From assembly GCA_024704765.1 (NCBI GenBank), contig JAKMXF010000088.1, positions 372,001-436,000 of the forward strand: 64,000 bases of DNA. Direction: 5' to 3'. This stretch comes from Oopsacas minuta (lineage: Eukaryota > Animalia > Porifera). The notes under the pieces were generated by a model. The model searched no databases, was not told the DNA's origin, and worked only from the letters and a program-made list of their open reading frames with translations. A program made the translations under genes and the position numbers. This document shows, in pieces, positions 1 through 11,265 of this stretch. Position 1 is the first letter of the stretch. Each line of letters starts with the position of its first letter.

Positions 1-1366
1 TGTAATATTATACCTGGATATTTATACTGTAACAAAGATAGACACCTGGTTATTATTACTATCATCAGTCTACATACATAATATACCAGTAATCACATAC
101 ATCATACACTGCAGGTTGATTGTTTGATATTATTATTATTATTATTATTAAGCATTGTCAAAGGAAGTAAAGTATTTTGGACTCATATGTGATTATTGTA
201 AATTGATTACATAACGTTATAGGCGGTTTTTAAATTACCTACTTTTTTCCAGAGGAACTATCAAATGACCTGACGTCATTTGATGATTAGCCCAAAGTAA
301 ACTTGTTTCTCATCGATGATTTCGGGGAAAGTTGGGCGTTGAACGGCCTTGATTTTTCGTTATTTATTAATTGTAGGGATATTGAGTAAGCACTACTTAT
401 AAGAATATACTGTCAACTTCCGTGATAATTACTCCGATATAAGCGGGTATTTCAATAGATCCGTGTTTGATATAACAGGAGTTGACTGTAGTAGTCCACC
501 TGATAGATATTGTAATTTACATTATATTATCTCGCATTTTATCCAATTATTTGATTGTTTGTAAACGCGTATCTGCAATTATTCAGTTATAACGATAATA
601 GTACATGAAATATTTGTTTGGGGATATATGATCGGGGGCTGGCGGGGACGATAAACAAGTCAGTACACATGATCATATGAATATTGCTTATTAATAGTAT
701 TGAATCATTGATATAGCAAATTTGGAAACGCGCAAACAATTGTGCGCATTATTATCTCAATAATTTCTAAATATAGTTTGAATTAAATATGCTAAATTGT
801 ATTAAATAATATTTATAGAATTTTTTACAACGCCTTTCTCATAGATTGTCCTTCAACTCTGATTGATTATATCATCCACGCTCGTGAGGGCCCAATTCAT
901 CCGCCAGCGTAGAACGTACATGATTTGCTTCCCCTTGTGACTGTACTGGCCACTAACATATAATTACTCGGGGTTGAATTGATATACTAGATAATAACTA
1001 GCCACCCTCTCTATAAAAGAGAGTAAGGATACAAGAATACCAAAATTTTTGGGTTTTCATATCACCAAAATTTTAGAATTAGTTGAACTAGCTCGGATAA
1101 GACGTACTCCTTCGGGAAACAAAAATTAGTATCTGCACGTCTTATCCGAATATGGACTGTATTGAAATGAGCGGGAGCTTAGATTTTTGGATGTAAGAAT
1201 TTCAGTATGTAATGTCAGCCTTGTCGTTATAATCAGAGAGCTTCGCAAGTGTCCTAATTATCCACAAGTATTCAATAATAATCTTCGAATATAACTTGTA
1301 TACAAACAGATTGAAACACTGAAACAATGCACTACTTATTCGATAGTTAATAACCTGGATCATCTT

Positions 1367-1390
1367 ATTTCTTATTAACCCAATCAATTG
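1367..1390 (+). promoter_or_regulatory. PSE-like snRNA promoter motif, copy 1
   Basis: atttcttattaacccaatcaattg is conserved with 2115-2138 and 2715-2738. In copies 2 and 3 the motif ends 38 nt before the ATACT start; copy 1's start was placed using that spacing. PSE identity is inference from position. Confidence 0.45.
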
Positions 1391-1427
1391 TATAGGAAAG
1401 TCTATTGAAAGTAAATTTGTTATAGAA

Positions 1428-1566
1428 AGGCATTAATCCGTCTCTTGATCATTTGACTAGTTATACTGGTCCGGAGAGAGACGGTTATCTTACCTGGCTT
1501 AGCAGTCCGTGTTCATGAACGGCTCGCTAGCATAATTTTTGATTGGAAGTTCTTTAATGAACTTCC
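1428..1566 (+). ncRNA. snRNA-like RNA copy 1: U5-like 5' domain followed by U1-like 5' arm, hairpin, Sm site and 3' stem-loop
   Basis: Stem ccgtctct/agagacgg encloses gactag-ttata-ctggtc and the U5-type TCCG..GAGAG motif. It is followed by CTTACCTGGC (1489-1498, matches the U1 5' end), a hairpin at 1497-1531, GCATAATTTTTG (U1-type Sm context, 1530-1541) and the terminal hairpin ggaagttc/gaacttcc (1545-1566). The start is inferred from PSE spacing in copies 2 and 3. Confidence 0.6.
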
Positions 1567-2114
1567 ACTTTACTATAAAATATTAAAATAGAAATTACTC
1601 GAATTATTAGATTGCCAATTCAGTTTACCCCGCTAATCCAAGATCCCACAGCCTAGTACCAATTAAAGTAAAGTTTATAGAGTAACCTCCCGTTATAATC
1701 GAAGCTCAGCGGACTGCGATAATTTCTTTGATTAACCGAGGGAATACATGTTACTTTTATTGTTTTGGGTTTCGGCACTATATTTGATCCCTCAATAAGA
1801 TAAAGATATACAAGAATAATTATACTGTAAATGTTGGTTTATAAATAGCTCTCCACTACTACTTCCCAACAGATGATTAAGCGCTCCTCTTTTTTTAAGA
1901 CATAACCTTGGGGTGCGTCTTATCCGAAGGGTTGTATTCAATAAACGGGAGCTGAAAATTTGGATGTAAAAAAATCAGTATGTAATTTCAAACTTGTTAT
2001 AGCCAGCTTCACAAGCGAAAGTGGACTAATATTCAATAAAAAATCACCAAATTTGACTTAAATACAAACAGATTGAAACAATGAATAATACACTGTAATT
2101 GATAGCTTCATCCC

Positions 2115-2138
2115 ATTTCTTATGAACCCAATTAATTG
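2115..2138 (+). promoter_or_regulatory. PSE-like snRNA promoter motif, copy 2
   Basis: atttcttatgaacccaattaattg, ending 38 nt upstream of ATACT at 2176. Confidence 0.45.
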
Positions 2139-2175
2139 AGTAGAAATGTATAATTAACTAAGATGTTTGTGTAAG

Positions 2176-2317
2176 ATACTTTACAGGCTCTCAATAGAGA
2201 GTCGGTCATTGTGAAAAAGTAATACCGTCTCTCAATATTTGACCAGTTAGTTATACAGGTCCGTAGAGAGACGGTTATCAACCAAGAGATTTACAGGAAG
2301 TTCTTTATTGAACTTCC
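2176..2317 (+). ncRNA. snRNA-like RNA copy 2: U5-like, with duplicated 5' domain and degenerate Sm site (possible pseudogene)
   Basis: Starts ATACTTT. A collapsed stem (acaggctctc-aata-gagagtcggt ... aaagt) precedes a full domain accgtctctc / gacc-agttagttataca-ggtc / cgta-gagagacggt. It has the same terminal hairpin ggaagttc/gaacttcc but only AGATTTACAG at the Sm position. Confidence 0.5.
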
Positions 2318-2714
2318 ATTTATTATAAAAAATATGAAACATAAAAACTTAAAATATTATAGATTGCTTTATCCTGTTTGGCATCTTCCTCCTCCTTTAC
2401 TTATAGGTCGATTAATTAGAAATAGCTATCCACTCCTACTTCCCAACAGAGCATTAAGCACTCTCTCCACACTCCTGGCCTAAAAAAGGAGCTGCGCTCC
2501 CAGTGAAACTCGGATAAGAAACCATTCGGAGGTACCTAATATTCGAGTAAGGATTGTATAATTTGTATTCAATAAATGGGAGCTTACATTTTGGATTTAA
2601 GAATTTCAATATGTAATTTCAGGTTTGTCGTTATAGTCAAAGAGCTCGCAAGTGCACTAATTATCCTCTGTAACAATACACCACCATACCACACGTAATT
2701 GATAGCTTCATCCC

Positions 2715-2738
2715 ATTTCTTATGAACCCAATTAATTG
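2715..2738 (+). promoter_or_regulatory. PSE-like snRNA promoter motif, copy 3
   Basis: Identical to the copy 2 motif, ending 38 nt upstream of ATACT at 2776. Confidence 0.45.
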
Positions 2739-2775
2739 AGTAGAAAAGTATATTTAACTAAGATGTTTGTGTAAG

Positions 2776-2883
2776 ATACTTTACCGTCTCTCAATATTTG
2801 ACTAGTTATACACAGGTCCGTAGAGAGACGGTTATATCTGAAAGTTAGTTTTTGCACCCTAGGAAGTTCTTAATTGAACTTCC
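2776..2883 (+). ncRNA. U5-like snRNA variant copy 3 with non-canonical loop 1
   Basis: 5' ATACT as in metazoan U5; stem Ia acttt/aaagt; 3'-side internal loop tatatctg; perfect 10-bp stem accgtctctc/gagagacggt; TCCGTAGAGAG resembles U5 UCCGUGGAGAG; stem gact/ggtc closes the loop agttatacaca; Sm-like AGTTTTTG; 3' stem-loop ggaagttc/gaacttcc. About 108 nt. Confidence 0.65.
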
Positions 2884-3383
2884 ATTTATTATAAAAATAT
2901 GAAAACAGAAAAAACAAATATTTTAGATTGCTATTAAGTAGACTCTCTAATCCGAACGGATCCCGGTAAATTGAATACAAATCGTTCGGATTAGTGAATA
3001 ACATTGAAAAGTACAAATTACAAATTTTGTAAAATTCAGTATAATGTTGTCAATATCTTTAACATATATAGTAATAACTATAGTTCAATTCGCGGTATTA
3101 TTCTCTACAATTGTTTTGTAAAATTTACGTGTACATCATTTTTCTAAGGGTTGTACGTCTAACCTTATGCCCTGGTCGTATCAGCGAGGGTCAACCTGCA
3201 CTGATTGTCTCCAGTAGCTGAATATAGCCCTATTTTACCAAGTGTTAGACGTTCTACAAAGGTGGAGTTCAATTCTCTACAATTGAGTCTTTTGAATATT
3301 TAGAATGTACTGATTAACGAGGGTCTACTGTGTAGTTTCATGAGTAAATCTCCTATTTTCCTAAGAGTTAGACAATTGATAAA

Positions 3384-3533
3384 CAGCAGAACCTCGTTAA
3401 TACGCACACGAGCGGACCTTCGAAATTTGTACTTTTATCCGGAGCAATATCAATTGAATAACCATTGTAAGGACCTGATTATGTTAATGTATTTGTTTGT
3501 ATTAACTGTGTTGGTAATAACGAGGTTCTACTG
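3384..3533. mobile_element. MITE family B (TA-type)
   Basis: TIR cagcagaacctcgtta/taacgaggttctactg; relatives at 25256-25417, about 24385-24548, and an end at about 8320-8340. Confidence 0.75.
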
Positions 3534-3787
3534 TAATATACATTGCTGTAGAAACCTCAAATTCGGGTCATAAAAGTAATTTCTCATACTGGGATCAACT
3601 GAATAAATTATACGTATAAATGTTTGCTGCGGGTATATCAGATTCAGGATCTGCTAAAAATGTAGACTATCGTATGCATTCACAGTTGACTCGCAGCTCA
3701 GTCACTAAATAAGGCACAAACTGTCTAGAATAAATTGTATCAATCTCATTACTCACATAATACCTACAAGTGATTGGGTAGCCAAAC

Positions 3788-6700
3788 TCATGCGTAATGT
3801 TTTTGAATAACACTCGCGCTTTTTGACACAGGATATCCCGCTTTATCCTGTGCTGGCATCTTCCTTCTCCTTTCCTTACTGCTCGATTTGGATACTCCAG
3901 TTTTCTCCTTTCCCTTCTCCCCAATCGTCCTCTTATACCCAGGGGTGTAAGACAGATATACCCCACTTATATCGGCGCCGTATACTTCATCATAATCAAT
4001 ATCTGGAGTAGTATCCTCACGCGCAACGTTATTACCAGCATACGCTAAATTCCGTATATGCCATTCACCTATAGATTCGTCCCAAATAGAATTATCTTCA
4101 ATCAAATGCATGGCTTGTTCTGGGACATAAAATGAGAGGATTAAATTTGTAAGGCTCAACTCGCGGTTTAATAGACCGACATTGTCTGTTAGCTCGCTCA
4201 CTTCTAGATGGTTTTCTGCCTTTAAATCGGCTAATTCTTGTTTCGCTGTAACAATCATTTTCCATAACTTTTTTAGTTTTTTAGTTTTACCATCAGCCTC
4301 TTCTTGAAGTGAAGCGTATTTCTCTTCAATATCCAACTTTTCTGCTTCAGTTTTTTCCAACTTTTTCGCGAGTTTTGCCTCTCTCTCTTTTCTTCTTTTA
4401 AGCTCTTTTGCTGATTCTTCTAATAATCGTTCTTGTTTCTCGGCTTTATCCAATAAATTTACTCCACCAACGATAACTTTTCCCTGCAAATCAGCAAGTC
4501 TTTCCTCCAAATCTTTCTGCTCCTGTTTAGCTCTCCCTAACTCTCTTTCCTTCAATTGTAACTCTTCTCTTGCAACTTGTTTCTCTTCTTCTGCCATATC
4601 TTTCTTCATTAAAAATGAATTCTTTTCACTTTCTAACTCTTTTTCAAGAGTTAGAATTGTATCACTAACTTTTCGTTTCAATCTCTTTTTCCTTTTCGGA
4701 ATATCTGGACTTTCCTGCACCTCAATTTCAGAGCTACTCCCTTCTTCAAGTTTCTTCTTTAACTTAGCTATTTCAAGTTGAAATTCCCTCAAAAGTGCGT
4801 CTTTTGGATCTTCGTTAATACGCACAATATTTTGTATCTGTTTCGCTCTATTAGCATATCTCAGTGTATTAACAGACTCTTCTATATTAAAACTAGCTGG
4901 CCCTATATTTGCTAACATAACTGTTTTAGAATTACCACCTAATGAATCTTGCAGTAGTCTGGTTAGATTCGAGTTGCGGTAAGGTATGTGTGTACTTTTA
5001 CCGTCTACAAGAGCTGATATTACATTCCCGAGGGTTGTTAGGGAGAGATTGATATTCGTAGCTTCTTTAAACTGATCTCCAGTGACACCTATAATATTAC
5101 TCTGTTTTATATTCAGCAAATATTGAAACCTGTCTCCAATAAATGAACATGTAATCAAAGACAAACAATAACAACAGACAGTGGCTTTCTATTGTACAAC
5201 AGAAAATAACTAGCACTATCCGAGTGTCGGTCTTATCAAAATATGGATTGTATTAAATGAATCGTATGTATTGATCGGGTGACGAGTGCACTTCTTATCC
5301 GAGTTCTACTGTATGGATATATCCAAAGTTATACAACTTAATACACAAATTTTCGAACTACAAAAAGTACAAATTCAGGCCTCTCCAGAATCTCGCGATT
5401 TCATATTTCACGTTTGAGAGAACCTTGCATGATGTATCTACTATCATATTTCAAGGGAGTTTTAGCATTTGTAATTTATTTCTAGCATTCTGCGATTCCG
5501 AGAGGACAGCTTATTTATACCGCGGAAGGCAGGTAAGCAAAGCTTGCTTGTAGTTATAACAAAAGCATGTATTAAAAATAATGACGTCACTAACCTGCTT
5601 TCTTTACTCTCTCTGAACCAGCTAGATCTACTAAGTGTAGTTTCCCCATTCTCACGTGTAGTTCGTTATCAGCTCCCAGGTCACTACGCTCTACTGTTAT
5701 TGTGAATATTGCGTGAGAACGAGATGACCTATAGTAGAAAACTATTCATAATTCTTCGCAATTATTAAATGAATTTGATGCAGTAGAAAACTGTTATAAG
5801 GACATCTTGAAATATGTTCTGATGATATGATAATACCAAAATATTCGAGAGTATTTTCAATTGGTATAATAATATCCTTACTGTATTAGGTGTCAAAATG
5901 TGAAAATATGCACATAAGAACAATTTCAAATGTCAGGTGCACATCTAGAGGTCACTACGAATACACATACCAAATTTGGTGTCTTATTATCTAAAGGTGT
6001 GAACAGGAGAGTGAACATGTCATAGTATAGTTGGTAGAGTAAAAATACCAGAAATATGCCATATTCCCCTGATTTAGTAATTATTTCCCTAGCCCTGGAT
6101 GGTTGGCAAGTATGAAGTTGTGATTTCACCAAAAAATTCTGACCACAAGTTTGAATTAGGAGTCCCAATCTCGAGATCTCTTGCTAATATATTAATGCAA
6201 AGAGTACAAGCTGAACGAGTATTTTCATCAGCTGCTTACCTCTGCAACATGTTTGATCGTCCGTTGGTGTTCGTATAAACAAGATTCCACTGTGTTTATT
6301 CCGCAAGCGTATTAGTAGGTTGATAGAACTTGTTATAGCAGATTTCATTGCCTTTCATAAAATTTACAAACTTATCCATAGTCCTAATATAATAGTATTT
6401 ATGTAAGAAATAAAGTAGCTTATCATTGAGATATCCATTGCAAAAAGAATTAAGAAATCGTGTCAAAAACCTTCGGATTTGTATCCAACTAATGAATTAA
6501 TTATTCGTTGAACAGGTGATAAAATAAACAGACCATTCGATCATCTTATCGAATGCTAGTAGCCCAGTTGTCGTTGTAAAAATATACGAACGAATTATCA
6601 GAAAAGATACAACAGACAAACATGAATACTCTACTAACCTCAAATTCATGTTTGTTTTAGCAAAAGCTCTATTACGATTGCCTGTGGTCATAATCTTATC

Positions 6701-7303
6701 CATATCGTCTACTGATTTAACAACACATGATAGAAGGTCTTGCACATAAACTCCAATATCTGGTCGCTCATGTATTTTTGGAATTTTATCGCCAGGGTCT
6801 TTGACGAGCAAATCACGAACCTGTTCATTATAGATCTCAAGATATGACACACGTACGAGAAACTGGTTTTCTCCTTCCGATTTTGCTATATGACCAAAAA
6901 TATGTGCGAATGAATTCGGGATAATTCCTTGCAATTCCGAATCATTTCTATCCCCCTCCATCGTGTATGTTTTCCCAGTACCGGTCTGTCCGTATGCAAA
7001 TATTGTACCATTATATCCCTCGAGAACTGAGTTTACTATTGGTCTTGCTGTATCATTGTAAATATCTAACTGTTTTGAAGTTGGTCCGAATACTGTGTCA
7101 AAGGTAAAACTTCGATTCGAGGATCGACTTTTTAAATGTTTTCCTGATATAAATATTTGTCCGTTTACTTCATCTACTTCTATAACTGATGCATAGCCGG
7201 CATTTTCTTCAATATCTGAGAGTGGTCGAGAACGAATGGATACTCTAACTTTATCAACTTCACCTTTGGTATTTTCTTCTATTTTTGATTCTACAGAACT
7301 CAT
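3788..7303 (-). CDS. KIF3A: Kinesin-2 motor subunit KIF3A (3 exons, 699 aa)
   Basis: Exons 7303-6639, 5728-5595, 5088-3788, all GT-AG and in phase. P-loop [16 protein letters not shown] and DLAGSE are present; stalk and tail ([54 protein letters not shown]) match KIF3A. Confidence 0.95.
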
Positions 7304-9002
7304 CTATGATGCCAAAATCAAACAAAAATCCAGTTTAAACAGGATATTTAAAGATATTCTTTACACGGATAATTTGCCGAATTGAATTATATTCAATGCC
7401 GATTATATCTACATGAGCAGCTTCGCTGGCTCGCGCTTGCGCGGCTTGCAAACACAGAGTGTTTGCATGTAATTCGACACTTCGTGCTTCGATGTTGCAT
7501 AAGAACTATTATTTACACATGAAAATCGGAATCAGAGTACTCGATTACCATGGTATACCCGTTGAAACAAAGTTTCTGCGAAATTTGTTTACTTTATCAT
7601 ATTCAGAAAACAACAAATGAGAAACTTGAAAATGCAGAATCAGCGTTACTATGTTACCTCGTTGTAGCCGTTGTGTTAAGTGCATGTCCCTACTTATATT
7701 TATAAAATAATTGCAATAATTATGAGAAACTTTAGGATATTAGTCATGTTTAATAATTCAATCTACAAATCATTTAATAATGGAGAAATTGTTATGATGT
7801 CCGCAATACAAATATTAGAAACACCTATAGCATTCTATTATTAAACTTACTTAGTGAATAATTATTGCTTTCATTTTCTAGGAAACTGATTTGGCAAAAG
7901 GCATAGATTTATATTTACAAAAAATAGGTGTAAACATGTGTTTTGTAATTGCACACTTCAGTGATTGATTGTATACTGTTGTGCTTTTAATGCAAGATCA
8001 GCGAGCGAGTTGTATTGCCGAATAAGAGTTCAATTAATTAACCAACAGTACAATTTATCTCCTGGATATTTATGAAAGTAAACTAGAACTGAAAGCTAAT
8101 AATTATTAAAATAAGTAAGTAACTTATAAGCATTACAAAAGAAAGGTTTATGAAAGTGTAGCTTTCCTCTTTCCAAACCTTAATTTGTACAGTAGACAAT
8201 CGGTAACTAAGAAAATGACAGATATACACTTTTTGAGTTTCTTCTGCATTTTCAATGAGAATAAATTCATTAATAGGAATTCCAGATAAAGACTAAAAAT
8301 TTCGGTTCCTTAGTGTTCGCATTAACGAGATTCTACTGTATGTATGATCGGGAAACAGCTCTGTGAACGGAGTTTTAAACTATTTTAAAACCTGGGCGAG
8401 GCCTGGATCCCTCCTATTCTAAAAGCTTTTGAAGTTTCTGACCATATACAATATCTATCATAATATACACCCAGCTGTTCATAACTCATAAGGTCATCAA
8501 ATAAGGAATTGTAAACATGTCGGAATTATCCAAATATTGACTATGGCATCTACATCTACCAGAGCAACACCAAGTATTATATGGTATTTTATTACTAATT
8601 ATGCGCAAAGTAATTTCCAATAATATGGCCAATTTCCGCCTACCAATTTGAATTTACCAACTATCACAATTAGGTTTCTAACTTAGAAATTAATATAAAT
8701 GTTTCAACAAGGAAGTCAGATAATTGAACATCCGTTCTTCACCTGGAAAGTTATGAAATCATTAAAGTTAGAAAAGTGATTCATTGAAAAGGATAATATT
8801 AATTATGTTGATTAGGTTTCCAGATAAATTTGATTATTACTCAGTTACAGACAGTAAATCTAATTAGCTGATTGTGTAATTAGATTTTGGAGGAAGGTGG
8901 AAAAGTAATTATGTCCAATGCTTTTGAATTTTCATCAACCATGATAGTGCCTCTCTCTCTCTACAGTATTACAAATTAGGAAATTGTCTGTAAATTAGAA
9001 TA

Positions 9003-9138
9003 CAGTTGACTCCGCTTATTAGGGTTACATCGGGACCAGACTAACCGAAATAAATTACACATTTCTATGCTGTTCTGGCCAAGTACAATTAACCAGATTG
9101 ACTCGATTAACTCTGGCTCTATTGAGCGGAGTTTACTC
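9003..9138. mobile_element. MITE family C (TA-type)
   Basis: ta-cagttgactccgctta ... tgagcggagtttactc-ta; relatives near 15950, 43565 and 49280. Confidence 0.65.
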
Positions 9139-11265
9139 TATATTATTAATCATTGTCCTAGGGAAGTTTTTCTATATCTGTTAGACAGATATTGTGTGTC
9201 TACTGTCTAGCAAATTTGGCTTTGTAGAAATGTAGTGTCAAAACGACACAAGTATAACTTGATAGATTCTACATTCGATAAAAGTGTTTGGTTCATGATA
9301 GTATAGTATGTTCCCGAATGGGACTAGAATACTGGGCGACTATACTACAGTAAAACTCGGATAAGACTTCCCCCCCTCGAGAAACAGAAGTAGTACGTAG
9401 TATCCATATATCCTTCCTAACTAATTAATACTAGAATAGAAATCCTTGTTTGAGAAAGTTCTTTCTAACCAAGAATTAATCTTAAGCCGAATACATACTA
9501 ATGAGTTCTATTACAATCATAAACGCACATTGCTAATAAACTACTCCATATCTGTGTATTCGTATATACGTGAGTTTAATGGTTAATTAGTTAATGGTTA
9601 ATGGTTATGATTAATTACATCAAACTTCAATGAGTGTTGCTCTATTATCTATTAGAGCAAATTATATTACGCAATAAAGATAAACAATAGCCTAACCGTT
9701 CTATTAGTTATTGAGTATATTTCCACAACTTTGCTGTATTTTAGAGAATAAGGATACGTAAGGTATATTCAGCAAAATACAATATACTTATATGGCAAGG
9801 TAAACAATTGTTTTGTTAAACTCTATCTGTAAAATATATCTTGAACGTTTTGCGTGTACAAAATTGAAGAGACGAATATGTTAGTGCGAAGAGAATGCCA
9901 AGAGGCATCTCAGGTCCAGTATGCTAGGGTTTCCAACCCGGGACGAAAAACATCCGGGCTGCAAAGTGCAAACTCTAAGCATAACTACAGAAAATTACAC
10001 AATTGTATCCATTTTACTTTGAAATACTTACACCATAATTGTATAAAAGAAATTCAAAATCACTTATAGTAAGTGATTCTGAAGTCAAAATAGAAAGAAC
10101 AGTGGAAACCGCACATTAGCAATAAGTCTAATTGGGAAGTACAGCTCAATAACGTCAATGAAAGATGATTACATGCTATTGCAATCATAGCATATTGTCA
10201 TTAGATTGGCTGATAAATTGCTTATATTACCCTATAGTAACCGGAGGCGGTTATAGGAATTTACACTATTTAAACTTTACTACAGGGACGGATCCAGTGG
10301 ATCCCATGGCTTAAATTTCTAGAGGTGGCGAGCCTAACACTTTTGTTGAACTCACCGATGAAACAGGTGTAAAAAGCAATTTATCACTTTAATGGTATCA
10401 GAATCAAATCTCTCCATAAATAGGGTAAAGTATTATTAAAGTAATTCAGGAGAAATGAAAATATCCACAATTCTAAAGGAAAGTTTAAAGTGGAATCGAA
10501 ACTATTCAAAAATGCTGTTCCGTTCGTACTAACCAAATTAGTAAATTATGTAACAAATAGAAACTATCACATGAATATAAATGTGTCAGCTGCTGATCAA
10601 AGTAGTGGTTAATCCATAAATAAAGTATTCCATTCTCTAGCAGACGTGAATTAATAATTCAATAAACATTAACTGAATTGTTCTAGGATCGAATGTTACT
10701 GGAATACAAGGTGATTACAAGACGGACGGAAAATATATATATCTTTGATGTGTTCTATTCTTCATGATTTGATTTAAACTTACCGATAATAACAATCAGT
10801 TTTGAAACTGACAATTATTTTGGGAATCAAAATATTGGAGCTACACTCGACGTTCTTATCTCGTATCTCGAAATTTTAATACAATTACTATCAGATTATT
10901 GTTAATAAAATAGTGTTACTATAATGCACGCAGATTCGAAATATTTTTGTTTTTCCCATAACATTCGAGATAGCGGCTGTCAATTTGAATCATGGTTAAC
11001 AAATGTATGTCTCTGACTACCAAAACAATTGAAATCGAATAGAATTGTATAGTTTCCTACCACACTATTAGGTATTCACTTTTAAAATATCAAACCTATA
11101 GGAATGCTGTACCCCGACAACTTACGAAAAAGAAGCCGAATAAATTTACTATCTTTTAAGTGCAAATAATATCAAAATTTTCAGAAATAATATCGCAATG
11201 TGAACATGTATGTTGAAAATATTTTTCCTATCACAAAAAAGAGAAATGTGTTTTAAAGTATAATT

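Larger units (their letters stand above)
1165..2931 (+). repeat. Diverged tandem triplication (MITE remnant + promoter + snRNA-like gene + 3' flank)
   Basis: Shared blocks gggagct..tttgga..tatgtaat..gttata, aacccaat, gagagacggtta, ggaagttc..gaacttcc, tataaaa..tat.aaa and tagattgc occur three times in the same order. The block atagct.tccact.ctacttcccaacaga occurs near 1845 and 2423. Confidence 0.9.

Noticed and set aside
1165-1215. Sm-like GATTTTTGGA and ATGTAAT (octamer-like) block upstream of each snRNA-like copy
   Set aside because: Similar sequence occurs inside the cagtgaactcggataag-type MITEs (about 22190-22280 and 35760-35880), so it is best explained as transposon sequence carried along in the duplication.
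1202-1387. 61-aa minus-strand ORF in the repeated unit
   Set aside because: It lies antisense over the MITE remnant and PSE region, and the sister units have indels in this block, so conservation is not protein-level.
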